Assembly: GCA_032718475.1 (NCBI GenBank)
Contig: JAUCBJ010005282.1
Coordinates: 1 to 37,210 of the forward strand
Length of the DNA: 37,210 nucleotides
Direction of reading: 5' to 3'
Origin: Nemertoderma westbladi
Taxonomy: Eukaryota > Animalia > Xenacoelomorpha
Of the stretch, positions 1 through 10,843 are shown in pieces. Position numbers and translations under genes: made by a program. The notes beneath the pieces are model-generated. The model was given only the letters and a program-made list of their open reading frames with translations, was not told the origin of the DNA and ran no database searches. Every line of letters starts with the position of its first letter. Position 1 is the stretch's first letter.

Positions 1-140
1 TTCTTAAACATGTCTTCAGAGCCGGCAGATTGATTCTTGTCCGGGTGATATTTCAAAGCCATTTCTTTGTAGGCTTTGTTTATTTCTCTCTCTGTGGCAG
101 TTTTTGGAACGTTCAGAATATCATACAAATTTTGATTCAT
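1..140 (-). CDS. 5' end of a J-domain (DnaJ/Hsp40 family) protein, running off the window edge
   Basis: Manual translation from ATG at 140: [46 protein letters not shown]. This has the YDILxV...I.KAY..LA.KYHPDKN signature with the HPD motif. Not in the ORF track. Confidence 0.95.
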   Translation of the reverse strand, partial: MNQNLYDILNVPKTATEREINKAYKEMALKYHPDKNQSAGSEDMFK

Positions 141-1613
141 ACTTACTTTGAAAGTATTTATTATTATTATCAACGACACCTAACAGTCGGCCAGCTTATA
201 ATGAAATAAAATTATAATAATACATACAGTGTAAATATATATATAATGCGTAAATACAGTATATACTGTATAACATATATGCTGAATGTATAAGGAATGT
301 ATTTTGTAGCCTACGACAATAAATTAAAATAATATACAGTATACTATATATACGATATACATTGATGTAATATATGTACGATAACAAAGTAATATATTTA
401 TATTAATTGCAAGGCTCATATATATATTATTTTATGCATAATACTCTATATAATGCAAATTAAAAGCGCCCGAAAAAATATTAATTAAATAATAATATTT
501 AATAATATAACCATAAATAAAATTTTATAAATGAAATATATGGGCGATAACTAATAAATAATCTATAACATGTACACTAACAATTTAATAAAATGCATTA
601 AGAAACGAGAAAAAATAAATAAATATATATTATTATTGACTATTTCATGTTCTGTCAAGTCATACATTAATAATATATACACACAAAGATTATATATATT
701 ATTCTTCAATAATAACAAATATAAAAAGCAAATTTCTACTATAATTTTGTTTAAATTATAATATGATAAACGGAACAATATAATATGGATCAATTAATTA
801 TTATACAACTTTTAATAGTGTTTTATTATAAGACTATAAGGCCTATATATAATAATAAATCACCCATGCAAATTCACAAATTAATGGAAACACATCCCAA
901 TATATGTAATCAATGTAGAGGTTGCTTTTAGCGCTTAACCCAAGTATCTTCCGATCGTTAGTAAATTGCCACTCTGATGCTTAACACTCACCCGATAATT
1001 AATTGATCGAGCCACTAAAACGCAGTTTCCGTAAAGGGATGCCAAACATTACCGGCGTTTTCGTGGGATCGGATGTTGGCAATCTGTTTTATTGGCATTG
1101 TTAAGACACTAACATCCTATAACCTAACATCTATAACACAATAATGGCTAGCTTGACCTTCGGGACTAATTAAGAGTTCAATGGAGATGTACAATAGAAC
1201 TTATAAAGTTAGCAGTACAATGATCACTTAGGATTGCATTCACAATGATACCCTTTTTATTATGCCACAAATATTGATGTCATCACATCCTCTGATTCAC
1301 ATTGTAAGTAGGCGTAATATAATAATGAAACTAACCAATGATGGAACAACAGTGATGCTTTTGGAACGATTCTGTTATATACAGTTTTAGCGTAAGCCCT
1401 ACTCCATGTAGTGCCGTACATTGACCGAAAAGTGTTATCTATTATGCAAATGGGTCGCATATGAAATAAAGTTTACGGTCATTTTGCGCCATTTACTCCC
1501 TACAAGACATTACAGCACAACATCGAATAATCTCAGTAATAGACTTAGTAATGACTTAGTAATGTTCAATAAAATATTTAAAAAAGTAGGAGTAATAACA
1601 ACGCCGAAATATA

Positions 1614-2521
1614 CACCATGACCCGTTATAGTGTCATTTTCTGATGACACGGACCCCCCCCCCCCCCCCCAAATTTTTCTACAAATCTTTATCATATTGC
1701 TTGAAATTTGAAACACAACTAGTTCAACTCACCGTGGTTGTTACCATGAAGCCGGAATTTTCGATTTCGCCTTTAAATTTTATTTATAAGCGTTTTAAAA
1801 AAGTGTCTTTTGCGAAATCGCACCCTCTGTATCATTGCCATTCTTCACTTTAGTCGTAATTTTTTCACATCAATAGAAAGCTTGCGTTGCAAGGATTCCA
1901 AATATGTAACAATATCTGAATTTCATTGAGAAACAGCTGAGAAATAGGCGTTCAAATATTGCAAGAATTATTGTTCGCTACAGGCCATTTATTCTATTTA
2001 ATAAATACACAATATTCTAGAACGTGTTATTTATTTTATGAGTTGGTTGGCAACAGCGGTATGCCTATACAATATCTATATTGCGTAGCTAATCATACAT
2101 AAACAAAATTGTTCCAGAATATTGTGTATTTATTAAATAGAATAAATGGCCTGCAGCGAACGATAATTCTTGCAATCTTTGAATGCCTATTTCTCAGCTG
2201 TTTCTCAACGAAATTCAGACATTGTTACATATTTGGAATCCTTGCAACGCAAGCTTTCTAATGATATGTAAAAATTACGACTAATGTGGAGAATGGCAAT
2301 GATACAGAGGGTGCGATTTCGCAAAATACACTTTTTTAAAACGCTTATAAATAAAATTTAAAGGCGAAATCGAAAATTCCGGCTTCATGGTAACAACCAC
2401 GGTGAGTTGAACTAGTTGTGTTTCAAATTTCAAGCAATATGATAAAGATTTGTAGAAAAATTTGGGGGGGGGGGGGCGGTCCGTGTCATCAGAAAATGAC
2501 ACTATATTACGGTTCATGGTG
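1614..2521. mobile_element. Foldback / long-TIR non-autonomous DNA transposon with TA flanks (Tc1/mariner-like by TSD)
   Basis: About 410-bp inverted arms (1614-2023 and 2111-2521) with high identity. Termini are TA|CACCATG...CATGGTG|TA. Mirror ORFs 1644-1853(+) and 2281-2517(-) give nearly the same peptide. No transposase. Confidence 0.85.
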
Positions 2522-2742
2522 TATGTTAATATTTCTGGAAACTAGGGCTCATTTCTAAGTTATCTGTGTGTTGTATATATGAGTATAATTTTAACTTAAT
2601 TTTGTGTAATTTATTTATTTATTTATTTACTCTTTAAGCCAATATGATGTAACAAATACACAAAAATGCCCAAAATAATAAAATTAGAGGTTAGTGCCGC
2701 CTGATATACTGGGGCGAGACAAAGGATAAGGGGTTTTTGGAG

Positions 2743-2774
2743 TATCGAGTAGCCATTGCCATTGCTACTCGATA
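2743..2774. other. Perfect 11-bp stem hairpin, possible transposon end
   Basis: TATCGAGTAGC-cattgccatt-GCTACTCGATA. Confidence 0.5.
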
Positions 2775-3149
2775 AAGTAGAAAATATATATAGAATTATT
2801 GATTTACAATATATTATAGATGTACATAATAAAGTTCACGTTATGAAAAGTTTATTCTGATAATTCTGATGTTTCCACCTGCTGTGCGGATACCACTATC
2901 CAAATATTTAGAGTTAAAAAACAATTTAAATACAATTAGATTTAGATTTAATACGTAAGAGGAAAGAAATGCTTGAAATTAAAATAGAAGCGTCGCTCTA
3001 TATTTAGTAGTTAAATTAAATTATTAGTCGGAAAAAATCGGCTATAAGTTATTGAAAAAGTGTCTTTTAAGATGTAATGGAGAATATTATTTCACAAATT
3101 GCCTTTTGGGACTTTTAATAAGAATGATAAGTTATGTTATTAAGCTAAA

Positions 3150-3385
3150 ACACGTTCGTGTGGTCTTCGCGCAGCACGAACCTACATAGTTGCCAAGTGT
3201 GGTTTAATGGCAATACCTTCACTGACATACTTATTTCGAATTCTATCAAAAGTCTGAAACTACCGATGCCGACTAACAGACTGTCTCATTTTTGACCAAA
3301 CTTCAGAATCTTTCTAAACCTTTGACAGACCACATGTTTACAAAGTTTGGTTTAATTTAATCAATGATTGACCGATTTATTCTTT
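3150..3385 (+). mobile_element. Helentron/HINE (DINE-1-like) non-autonomous element fragments
   Basis: Stem-loop acacGTTCGTGtggtcttcgcgcagCACGAAC, related to 31690-31724. The core motif catgtttacaaagtttgg...tcaatgattgaccgatttat is related to 33144-33190. Family assignment is inference from structure. Confidence 0.4.
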
Positions 3386-3417
3386 GATCTCAAGAATTCA
3401 TTTAAAAGTGTGCAAAT

Positions 3418-3499
3418 AATCATTGCGGCGTGTAGGCGTCGAACCTACGCCGTAAGATCCCATTGGATTTATATACTACAACTAAGATCGGCATGCTGC
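3418..3499 (+). repeat. 82-bp direct repeat, copy 1 (tRNA-Ser 3' half plus RTE 3' tail)
   Basis: Matches 6210-6291 with about 5 mismatches. Confidence 0.9.
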
Positions 3500-6209
3500 C
3501 CCTACCTATTCTCACAGACACACCACATGCAGCCCCACCTAAACCATCTGGAACGTCCTTAATTGATGATGGCTGGAACTTCCCCCGAAATGCAGCACCA
3601 CCACTGAGGATACCACCAACTCAAGACACCGGAATATGCATTAAAAAATCATTCAGCGTTCATGGTAATTATCACATCACACAGGATCTCCAAGAAACAG
3701 GAGACTATAACAGTTGCACAAAAGCTGTGTACAAATTATGAGACACATAAAAGGGGTCTAGATAATTACAAGAAGACAGTTTCAATCAGTGTAAGTAGAC
3801 AACAGTCCAATAGGGGTCCCTATACATATCTCTGCGTGTCTGGACCTTCTACCCTGGTCTCCCCTGAGTTAGTCCATAAGACACTATTCAAACATGGTAT
3901 GGATATGGTAAGAATCTCAAAGGTGACTACATTAGAAAAGATAACCTCCCTTCGTCTGACTACATATAGGACATTAGAATCTACATTACTCAACAGCACT
4001 TTCTGTCATAGTAGAATCATATGTTCCGTTGGTCTTACAAGAATAGGGAACATCATGCAAACTCTCCCAATCTTCGAAGCAGGGATCAGTGTCACCAACT
4101 TCATAGACAGACAAGTGGCAGACCCAAATTATTCTTTAGATCAGAAACAGGTGGTGCCGCCTTCCAAACGGTACCTTCTTGGTAATGAACGAGAGGATCA
4201 TATTATTCGAGTTATCCTACTCAGACCAAACATAAAGTTTCTCCTTCTGGACAACCCATAGAATATCACAACTCTGATCGTAATCCTCACTTAGCTGCCC
4301 ACTACATTTCATAGCGCAGTCTATCTAACCAAGACCTCTACCCTACATATTATCGGGAGCAAAACTTTTCTGGGACACCGGTAATAAGTAGAATTCGACC
4401 AGTCCAAAGGACATCAAAACCACAGTACCATGATCTACACCAACCAAAACCAGCACGTGTACCCATGTTTCCCTCTCAGACCAGGCAGCACCTTTAGCAA
4501 AGGACCACCAACACCACCTCAAAGGCAACACTCTGACTGCAACAATATTAAGAAATCTAACCCTGTAATGTGTGAGGTGGAACTCCGTGTTGCCACATTT
4601 AATTACATGGGCTTAGCCTCTAGTTTCGATGAAGTGCAGCACCTTCTTGGAGGAAACGATGTTGTAGCACTTCAAGAGCTCAATGAGCTTGAAGCATCAC
4701 TAGACAACAATTTTGGGTGGGTATACCTGCCTACGAAAGCTTTCGGTAATGGTGGTCGAAGTGCGGGTGGTGTTGCTTTACTCTACTGGAGAAGTATCTT
4801 TAACAACATTAATGAAATCAAATCAGGAAATGACATCATTGGAATAGAAGCCAACATCACGAATAATGAACAACAATTTATACTGCTAAGTTGTTATCTC
4901 CCAGATTCAAGTAAATTGGTGGAAAGTTACAACAACTCCCTATCCAGACTAGAATCTATCCTACAACTCTACAACCTTTCCCTTCCCCTAACTTTAGCTG
5001 ACACCAAATGCCGACCTTGGTAGTCTTCAAGGAACTCGGTGGAATGGTATCATGAATAGTGCCAGAGGGCAACCCTTACATAGATTCCTCAACGATAACA
5101 ATCTGGTTGCTGCTGATACTTACTACTACTACTACTACTAGGTCGAGCGAACTCGGACAGTGGAAATGAGATCCTTCCAAGCTTCCCGATTCTCCATAGT
5201 TGTCGCAATTTCGTTTCTCCCAAGTTCAGTATCCCATTAAAGTTGATCTATATATGTTATGGCCGGTCGTACACGACTACGCTTTCCATGAGTTTGTTGC
5301 CAGAAAAGTAGATCTGGTATGACCTCGTCTTTACTTCGCCAGCAGTGTCCACTGAATCTTAATCTGCGTTCACGGAGGGTGGTTGATACAGGTGGTATTG
5401 TACCATAAAGCTCGGCGTTTGTCATGTGTTGTCTCCAGCTTATGTTTAGGGCTGCCCTTAGTAGTCTTGTGTAGCAACCATCAATTCGTTGTTCAAGTGA
5501 TTTAGTCAGTGTCCAGGTCTCACCCCCGTATAAAAATACACTTTCCACTGTGGCTCGAAAGAACTTAGTCTTCATGTGCCTGGAGAGATCTGATTTCCAG
5601 ATGGTATCCATTTTTGATAGAGCTACCCAAGCCTTTGCTTTCCTAACTTCTATGTCCTTTTTGCTACTCTCTATCCGTGATCCAAGGTACTGGAAGTCGT
5701 CAACCTTCCTTAGTTGATTATTGTCAATGGTTGTCAAGTTTCCATCAACATTAAAGGTCATGAATTCGGTCTTGGTAGCATTTATATGCAATCCAACCTC
5801 CTTAGCAGCCCTCTCCACTTTATTTAATAGAAGCTGTGCATCTGCTAGGGTATTAGAGAACAGGGCGATGTCATCCGCAAAGTCGGTGTCTGTGACTGTA
5901 GTTGCCGGATATCTACTACTTCTGCGTTCTTGAAGTGTGAATCCCAGGTCTTCATCCTTTGTGGCTGTCCTCATTGCGTAATCCAGCACAATTACAAGGC
6001 TGATACTTACGAGGTTTTTAGTGGACCATCCATCACGTTCAGGGGCAAACGTATGACATACATCGATCATATAATAGTCTCAGAGCCACTTTTCAGCTGG
6101 TGTATGAATGGTAGGGTGGCTGAGGAGGGTGAAATCATGTGTTCGGATCATACAGCTGTATCTGCTGCTTTCAAAATTCCTTGTCAGTTGTCAAGTTCAT
6201 TGGCAAAAG
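3500..6209 (+). mobile_element. Decayed non-LTR retrotransposon fragment: ORF1-like region plus APE endonuclease, no RT, interrupted by an RTE insertion
   Basis: APE motifs LRVATFNYMG, DVVALQE, GRSAGGVALL and LLSCYLP (4570-4960). After removing the insertion the frame reads FLNDNNLVAADTYE...TFRGKRMTYIDHIIVS...SDHTAV (to about 6180). ORF 3662-4261 has an RRM-like LINE ORF1 pattern (YLCVSG...SLRLT...LLNSTF), which is lower confidence. Confidence 0.8.
5124..5998 (-). mobile_element. 5'-truncated RTE-clade LINE (family A), RT C-terminal half
   Basis: DTDFADDIAL, GLHINATKTEFM, DDFQYLGS, FLYGGETWTL and RRLRFSGHCWR motifs. (TAG)n tail at 5124-5140. 12-bp TSD GCTGATACTTAC at 5112-5123 and 5999-6010. 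Confidence 0.95.
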
Positions 6210-6291
6210 AATCATTGCGGCGGGTAGGATTCGAACCTACGCCGTAAGATCCCATTGGATTTATATACTACTACTATGATCGGCATGCTGC
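6210..6291 (+). repeat. 82-bp direct repeat, copy 2
   Basis: Matches 3418-3499. Confidence 0.9.
6216..6262 (-). pseudogene. tRNA-Ser-like 3' half (second copy at 3424-3470)
   Basis: Minus strand reads AAATCCAATGGGATCTTACGGCGTAGGTTCGAATCCTACCCGCCGCA. This is the 3' side of the anticodon arm, a long variable arm, the T arm GTAGG-TTCGAAT-CCTAC (B box) and the acceptor strand. It resembles eukaryotic tRNA-Ser. The 5' half is absent. Confidence 0.7.
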
Positions 6292-6593
6292 ATTGCAGCT
6301 GCATTATACAAATATTAAATATATATTAAGAACGCTGTGCCGGCTTGTCAACAAAATTGCACCGCCACAACTCCCTATCACCCATGTCATTTGCTAGATC
6401 ATCCGCATCTTTAAGGCCAGTGTCCTTTAAGATGCGTCTCAAGAAAGTCATGGGCTGTCCACCATGCTTATTCACTCCATGAGGCTGCCAAAGTACAAGA
6501 TTATGCACTGGCTGGTCCTCACGGCGAAAGCAATGTCCTGCAAAGCGGAGGCGATTTTGTTCTAGTGTCAAGCTTGGGGGAACCAATGAGACA
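6266..6593 (-). mobile_element. Short 3' fragment of RTE-clade LINE (family B)
   Basis: NRLRFAGHCFRREDQP...DRELWR, followed by a 3' UTR and (TAG)n tail. Nearly identical to 18994-19298. Confidence 0.92.
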
Positions 6594-7261
6594 TTTTACA
6601 CAAACTTGGTACACATTTAGTCTGACAAAAGTTTATAAATTTTCCAAGTTGAATTTGCTTGGGGTCTTCTTGCAGCACCTGTGTAACTATCTTGGGGTTA
6701 TAATAAATTAATCTATCCAAAATTATTTCCGAATCAGTGACGCAGATGACATTGTGGACTAACAACTTATCAGTAAAAAATTCTGAACTTGTCACCATCT
6801 TAAACCATCTAACCATAGCAACGCCATTTCCATTTATAGTTGTATGCAGATTAATTAATTAATAATAATTAAGGAACAATTATCATCAACAAACTTGTTA
6901 TTTATATACAGATGTCGGTTGAATCCATACGACGTCGCCATACATCCGTTACACACAAATCTCATACACATAATCATAGTCAAGCAGATATCGCACTATA
7001 AATTGCGCGGAAGTTAATTATAGTAAATGTTTTAAATGATTCGGGTTGGTAAATATTGTTCTCATCAACATTACGACTGATGTCCAAATGGAATCACTGA
7101 TGATTTTCCTAAAAGTGACCAAATTCTACACCGGATCGACTTTATATGCAAAAGCAATACGATTTTCGATCCCCCAGGGGTGAACATTTTTACTCATTAT
7201 TATTCCAATAGGAAGAGCCCCGGTTTCAAGTTATAAAGTGTGCTATTAGAGCATAATCAAT

Positions 7262-7462
7262 GGGTGTAAACGCTACGCCGACAACCTGCAGCCGACAACC
7301 ACTGCCGACAACGGGAAATATGAAAATGTAACCTGAGTTCGTGACTCTCGTTTATTGTTTTGGTTAGAATAACTTTCTTTCAATTGATAATTAAGATTAA
7401 TTAACTTTAACAATGGTTGTCGTCGGCATTGGTTGTCGGTTGTCGGCGTAGCCTTTACACCC
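7262..7462. mobile_element. 201-bp MITE with 9-bp TSD (Mutator-like by TSD length)
   Basis: TIRs GGGTGTAAACGCTACGCCGACAACC / GGTTGTCGGCGTAGCCTTTACACCC. Perfect TSD ATAATCAAT at 7253-7261 and 7463-7471. Internal CCGACAAC subrepeats. Confidence 0.9.
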
Positions 7463-7891
7463 ATAATCAATCTAGTATCAATATAATATCTCTTATTAGT
7501 ATCTAGAAAATGTATTAATGTTCTAGAACATCACGCGGCAAAATATATGGAAGCTATTATTTTTGGACTAACTATTGTTTTTGGAGAAAAATCAAAAAAT
7601 TACAGTTTTTTTATGGAATAATGTTCCTGAAAACATTCTACATTCTACTTTAGAAAATTAATATTTGACATGGATTTATTTTATTGTTTATCAGTACCGG
7701 ATCCATAGGTCGGATCCAAAGGTACTTCATTATAAAAGGAATCTGAAATGGGGATACAAACCAAACAAACATTTTAATGAAATCGGTGATTATAATAATA
7801 TCTAATAATTACACTACAATTAGACCCAATATACGCAGTATTCTAAAACTATTATACCAATTTAAAGAGGAAACTTGATTAACCAATAATT

Positions 7892-8696
7892 ACGAATTAT
7901 ATTTATTTATCAAGCACGTTAAGTAAAAAACCTTACCGGTAGGTATGTCAGTGCCAAAGTATGTAAAAAAACTAAAAAGCAGCAAGACCTAGACGTTGCA
8001 TGGAATCAGTGATCAGCTGACGGCAGCCAGCTGATCGGTTGGTTTCACCCCGCAACTGAAGGCATTCTCAGGAGGCCAAGCCAGGAAATGTATAGAGAAA
8101 TTATCAAAGGGAGACAGAACGGGTATTGAAATGAAGATAGAGGTCTATAAGGTAGGTGACTAACCACAGGGAAGCAGAACCACTAACTTTCGCAAATCAT
8201 GTTTAGGCTTGTTGATAACGGGCTTGCATGTTTGAATATAATACATTTCAACCAACACGCTGGCTGACTGGAAAATTGTTTAAACATTTCAAAGTAATTG
8301 CTAGACACCCATTGCGGCCAGTCTTGAAAAATCTTTAATGTATTACATTCAAACAAGCAAGGCCGTTATCAACAAGCAGAAACGTGATTGGCGCAAGTTA
8401 GTGGTTCTGCTTCCCAGTGGTTAGTTACCTACCTTATAGACCTCTCTCTTCATTTCAATACCTGTTCCGTTCCCCTTTTGGGAATTTCTTTCTACATTTC
8501 CTGGCTTGGCCTCCTGAGAAGGCCTTCAGCTGCGCGGCGAAACCTACCGATCAGCTGGCTGTCGTCAGCTGATCACTGATTGCATGCAACGTCTAGTTCT
8601 TGTTGCTTTTACATTTTTTAAAATATTTTGGTACTAACACACCTACCGGTAAGGTTTTTTACTTAACGTGCTTTACAATAAATAAACAAAATTCGT
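7892..8696. mobile_element. Second foldback / palindromic non-autonomous element
   Basis: About 355-bp inverted arms (about 7892-8248 and 8337-8696), more diverged than those of the first foldback. Spacer about 90 bp. Each arm has an internal GATCAGCTG...CAGCTGATC hairpin. No clear TSD. Confidence 0.85.
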
Positions 8697-8816
8697 TATT
8701 ATACCAAATTAGAAAGACTACATAATATAAATAAACTTATACTTGAATTAATTAAATATATTTTAAAATCGCTACTTGTTCTACAGTAAACTCCGGTCTT
8801 TATTATCTACGATCTC

Positions 8817-9292
8817 TAGACCACGTCCTGGAATATTGTATCGTAATTCAGTGATATGACAAAGTAATTCATATTAATTAACATAATAATATTAACTAGA
8901 TTGCATGAAACATAATTATACAGTATATATCATAATAATAACAGAATTGCATGGAATTTGAGAGAGAGTTAGATTCATCACCCACACCTCCTTAGAAGGT
9001 GAGCTAGAATTTTTATAACTACAAGTATCTGAAAAAAGTGTCTCCATCGAAGGAGCACCAGTCGCACTGCAGTTATTGCTAACGTTGAATTTGATTGGAA
9101 ATAGCTGAAATATGGATTCGAATGTTGCATGTATTTTTAGACGCAGCAGCCGTATGCAGAATAACTGAAGTACGAATGGTGCAATTTCGCCGGAGGTACT
9201 TTTTTAAAACCCTTGTAGATAAAGAATGAAAGTCAAAATAAAAATGACCTTCACTGAATTACGACGCTATATTCCAGGACATGAATGGCCTA
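8817..9292. mobile_element. Probable MITE with about 35-bp imperfect TIRs
   Basis: cacgtcctggaatattgtatcgtaattcagtga (8822-8854) is inverted relative to tcactgaattacgacgctatattccaggacatg (9251-9283). Outer ends are tagacca / tggccta. Confidence 0.6.
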
Positions 9293-10132
9293 TCTCAATA
9301 AAGATTTGATTTCCAAAGCTACGTTACAAATTGTATGATTTATCAAACACAAACCAAAATGAAATGTATAAAATGTTATAAAATAATAATAAATAACGAT
9401 ATAATGCTACTAGAAATTGCCTAACGGCAGGAGTGGAAAAAAATAAAGCGTTCCGTAGAACCGTTCTTCAACCCAGCCGCATGTTCTTTCTATCTTCTTT
9501 CGCAATGATTATATTATGTTTACTACATACTGCCTGTACAATGTACATGTACCGGTTCTGCAAGGTTTACTCTAGAACAAGGACAACCGGAAGCACATTC
9601 TCTAAATTAAATGCATATATATTTAGCCCTGTATTCCATATTGTATAACTTTCCGACCCGAATATCGGAGTCCGTGCCACTGGGTTGGATCAGGGCCGGA
9701 AACCTAAACTGTCCTACATTAATAATGTTTTATGCGGCGGGTGACTTTATACGGCGGGTGAGAGTTGTTTTTACTGCTGAAGGGAATCCAGTAGCACCAT
9801 AAGACAGAGCATGAGTTAGGCCCGTTACCGGTACCCGGTGTTACCGGTATATCTAAATAGTAGGTTTACAATATACAGGAATTACCGGTAGGGGGCTCCA
9901 ATGACGCCATCACTGTTCGTATTCCGTCGCTAGAATCAACTGGACTTCTACTATAAGTGTAGTTACTTCACTGTTACGGTTACGCCATTGTTATGTCTCC
10001 AAAGTTAATGAGTTGTCTTATTGTTATGTGATGTAGTTTTGATATTAATATAAAATTAACCAGATGTAAATGTATAATATTCTACTCTAGCACAAATAGA
10101 AGCATCAGGAGAAGGAAATTATTTATAAAAAA

Positions 10133-10494
10133 AATGCATTAGACAATGCATTAGACAATGCAGTAGACAATGCAGTAGACAATGCATTAGACAATGCATT
10201 AGACAATGCATTCGACAATGCAGTAGACAATGCATTAGACAATGCAGTAGACAATGCATTAGACTATGCAGTAGACAATGCAGTAGACAATGCATTAGAC
10301 AATGCATTAGACAATGCATTCGACAATGCAGTAGACAATGCATTAGACAATGCAGTAGACAATGCATTAGACTATGCAGTAGACAATGCAGTAGACAATG
10401 CATTAGACAATGCAGTAGACAATGCAGTAGACAATGCAGTAGACAATGCAGTAGACAATGCATTAGACAATGCAGTAGACAATGCAGTAGACAA
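10133..10494. repeat. 12-bp minisatellite AGACAATGCA(G/T)T, about 30 copies, just downstream of the 3CxxC gene stop codon
   Basis: Direct reading. Rare variants (cgacaatg, agactatg) recur at 108-bp spacing. Confidence 0.97.
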
Positions 10495-10557
10495 GGAGGA
10501 ATGTAATATTAAATTGGTTTGGAATATGAAAAATCATTTGCGAGTTGATGATGTTGT

Positions 10558-10765
10558 TTATGGAGATGAAATCTTTCCTGAAACAGTGACGTCATCGGAA
10601 GGTGGACCGGAAGTGACGACGTTTGTCTTGGGTTTCTTCTTGAATTCGCAATCTCCATCGTAGCAGGCCTGGCAGAGTTTCGCGTTGTGTCGGGTACGGG
10701 GTTTACCTTCACGTCGCTTACGTTGGACCAGCTGTTGTTTCTTACCGTATAGATAATTAGACACA
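10558..10765 (-). CDS. Last coding exon of RTP-like zf-3CxxC protein
   Basis: Acceptor ttttatttgtttAG at 10767-10766, phase 2. Encodes VSNYLYGKK...RHNAKLCQACYDGDC...SP*, which is the terminal H..CxxC...C motif of 3CxxC domains. Confidence 0.88.
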
Positions 10766-10843
10766 CTAAACAAATAAAAGTGTAGGTACAGATGGTTAAA
10801 AAAATACTATTAGCTATTTACCAGGAAGGTATTTTATCGCCTA

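Noticed and set aside
196-860. Short Tyr/Ile/Asn-rich ORFs
   Set aside because: This is extremely AT-rich low-complexity upstream DNA.
1035-1086. Tiny hAT-like element (AGGGATGCCA...TGGCAATCT)
   Set aside because: The inverted match is short and imperfect, with no 8-bp TSD.
5999-6070. N-terminus of the 277-aa RTE ORF
   Set aside because: It lies beyond the TSD and is antisense host APE sequence. The RTE is truncated at 5998.
6216-6262. Functional tRNA or LTR primer-binding site
   Set aside because: The 5' half and A box are missing, there is no TGG complementary to CCA, and there is no LTR. The 82-bp repeats lack TG...CA ends.
6594-6830. Minus-strand 82-aa ORF next to the RTE fragment
   Set aside because: It looks mildly coding but has no recognisable motif, so I cannot assign it without a search.
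10119-10463. His/Cys-rich (HCLL)n metallothionein-like ORF
   Set aside because: It is a translation of a 12-bp minisatellite with no unique coding flank.
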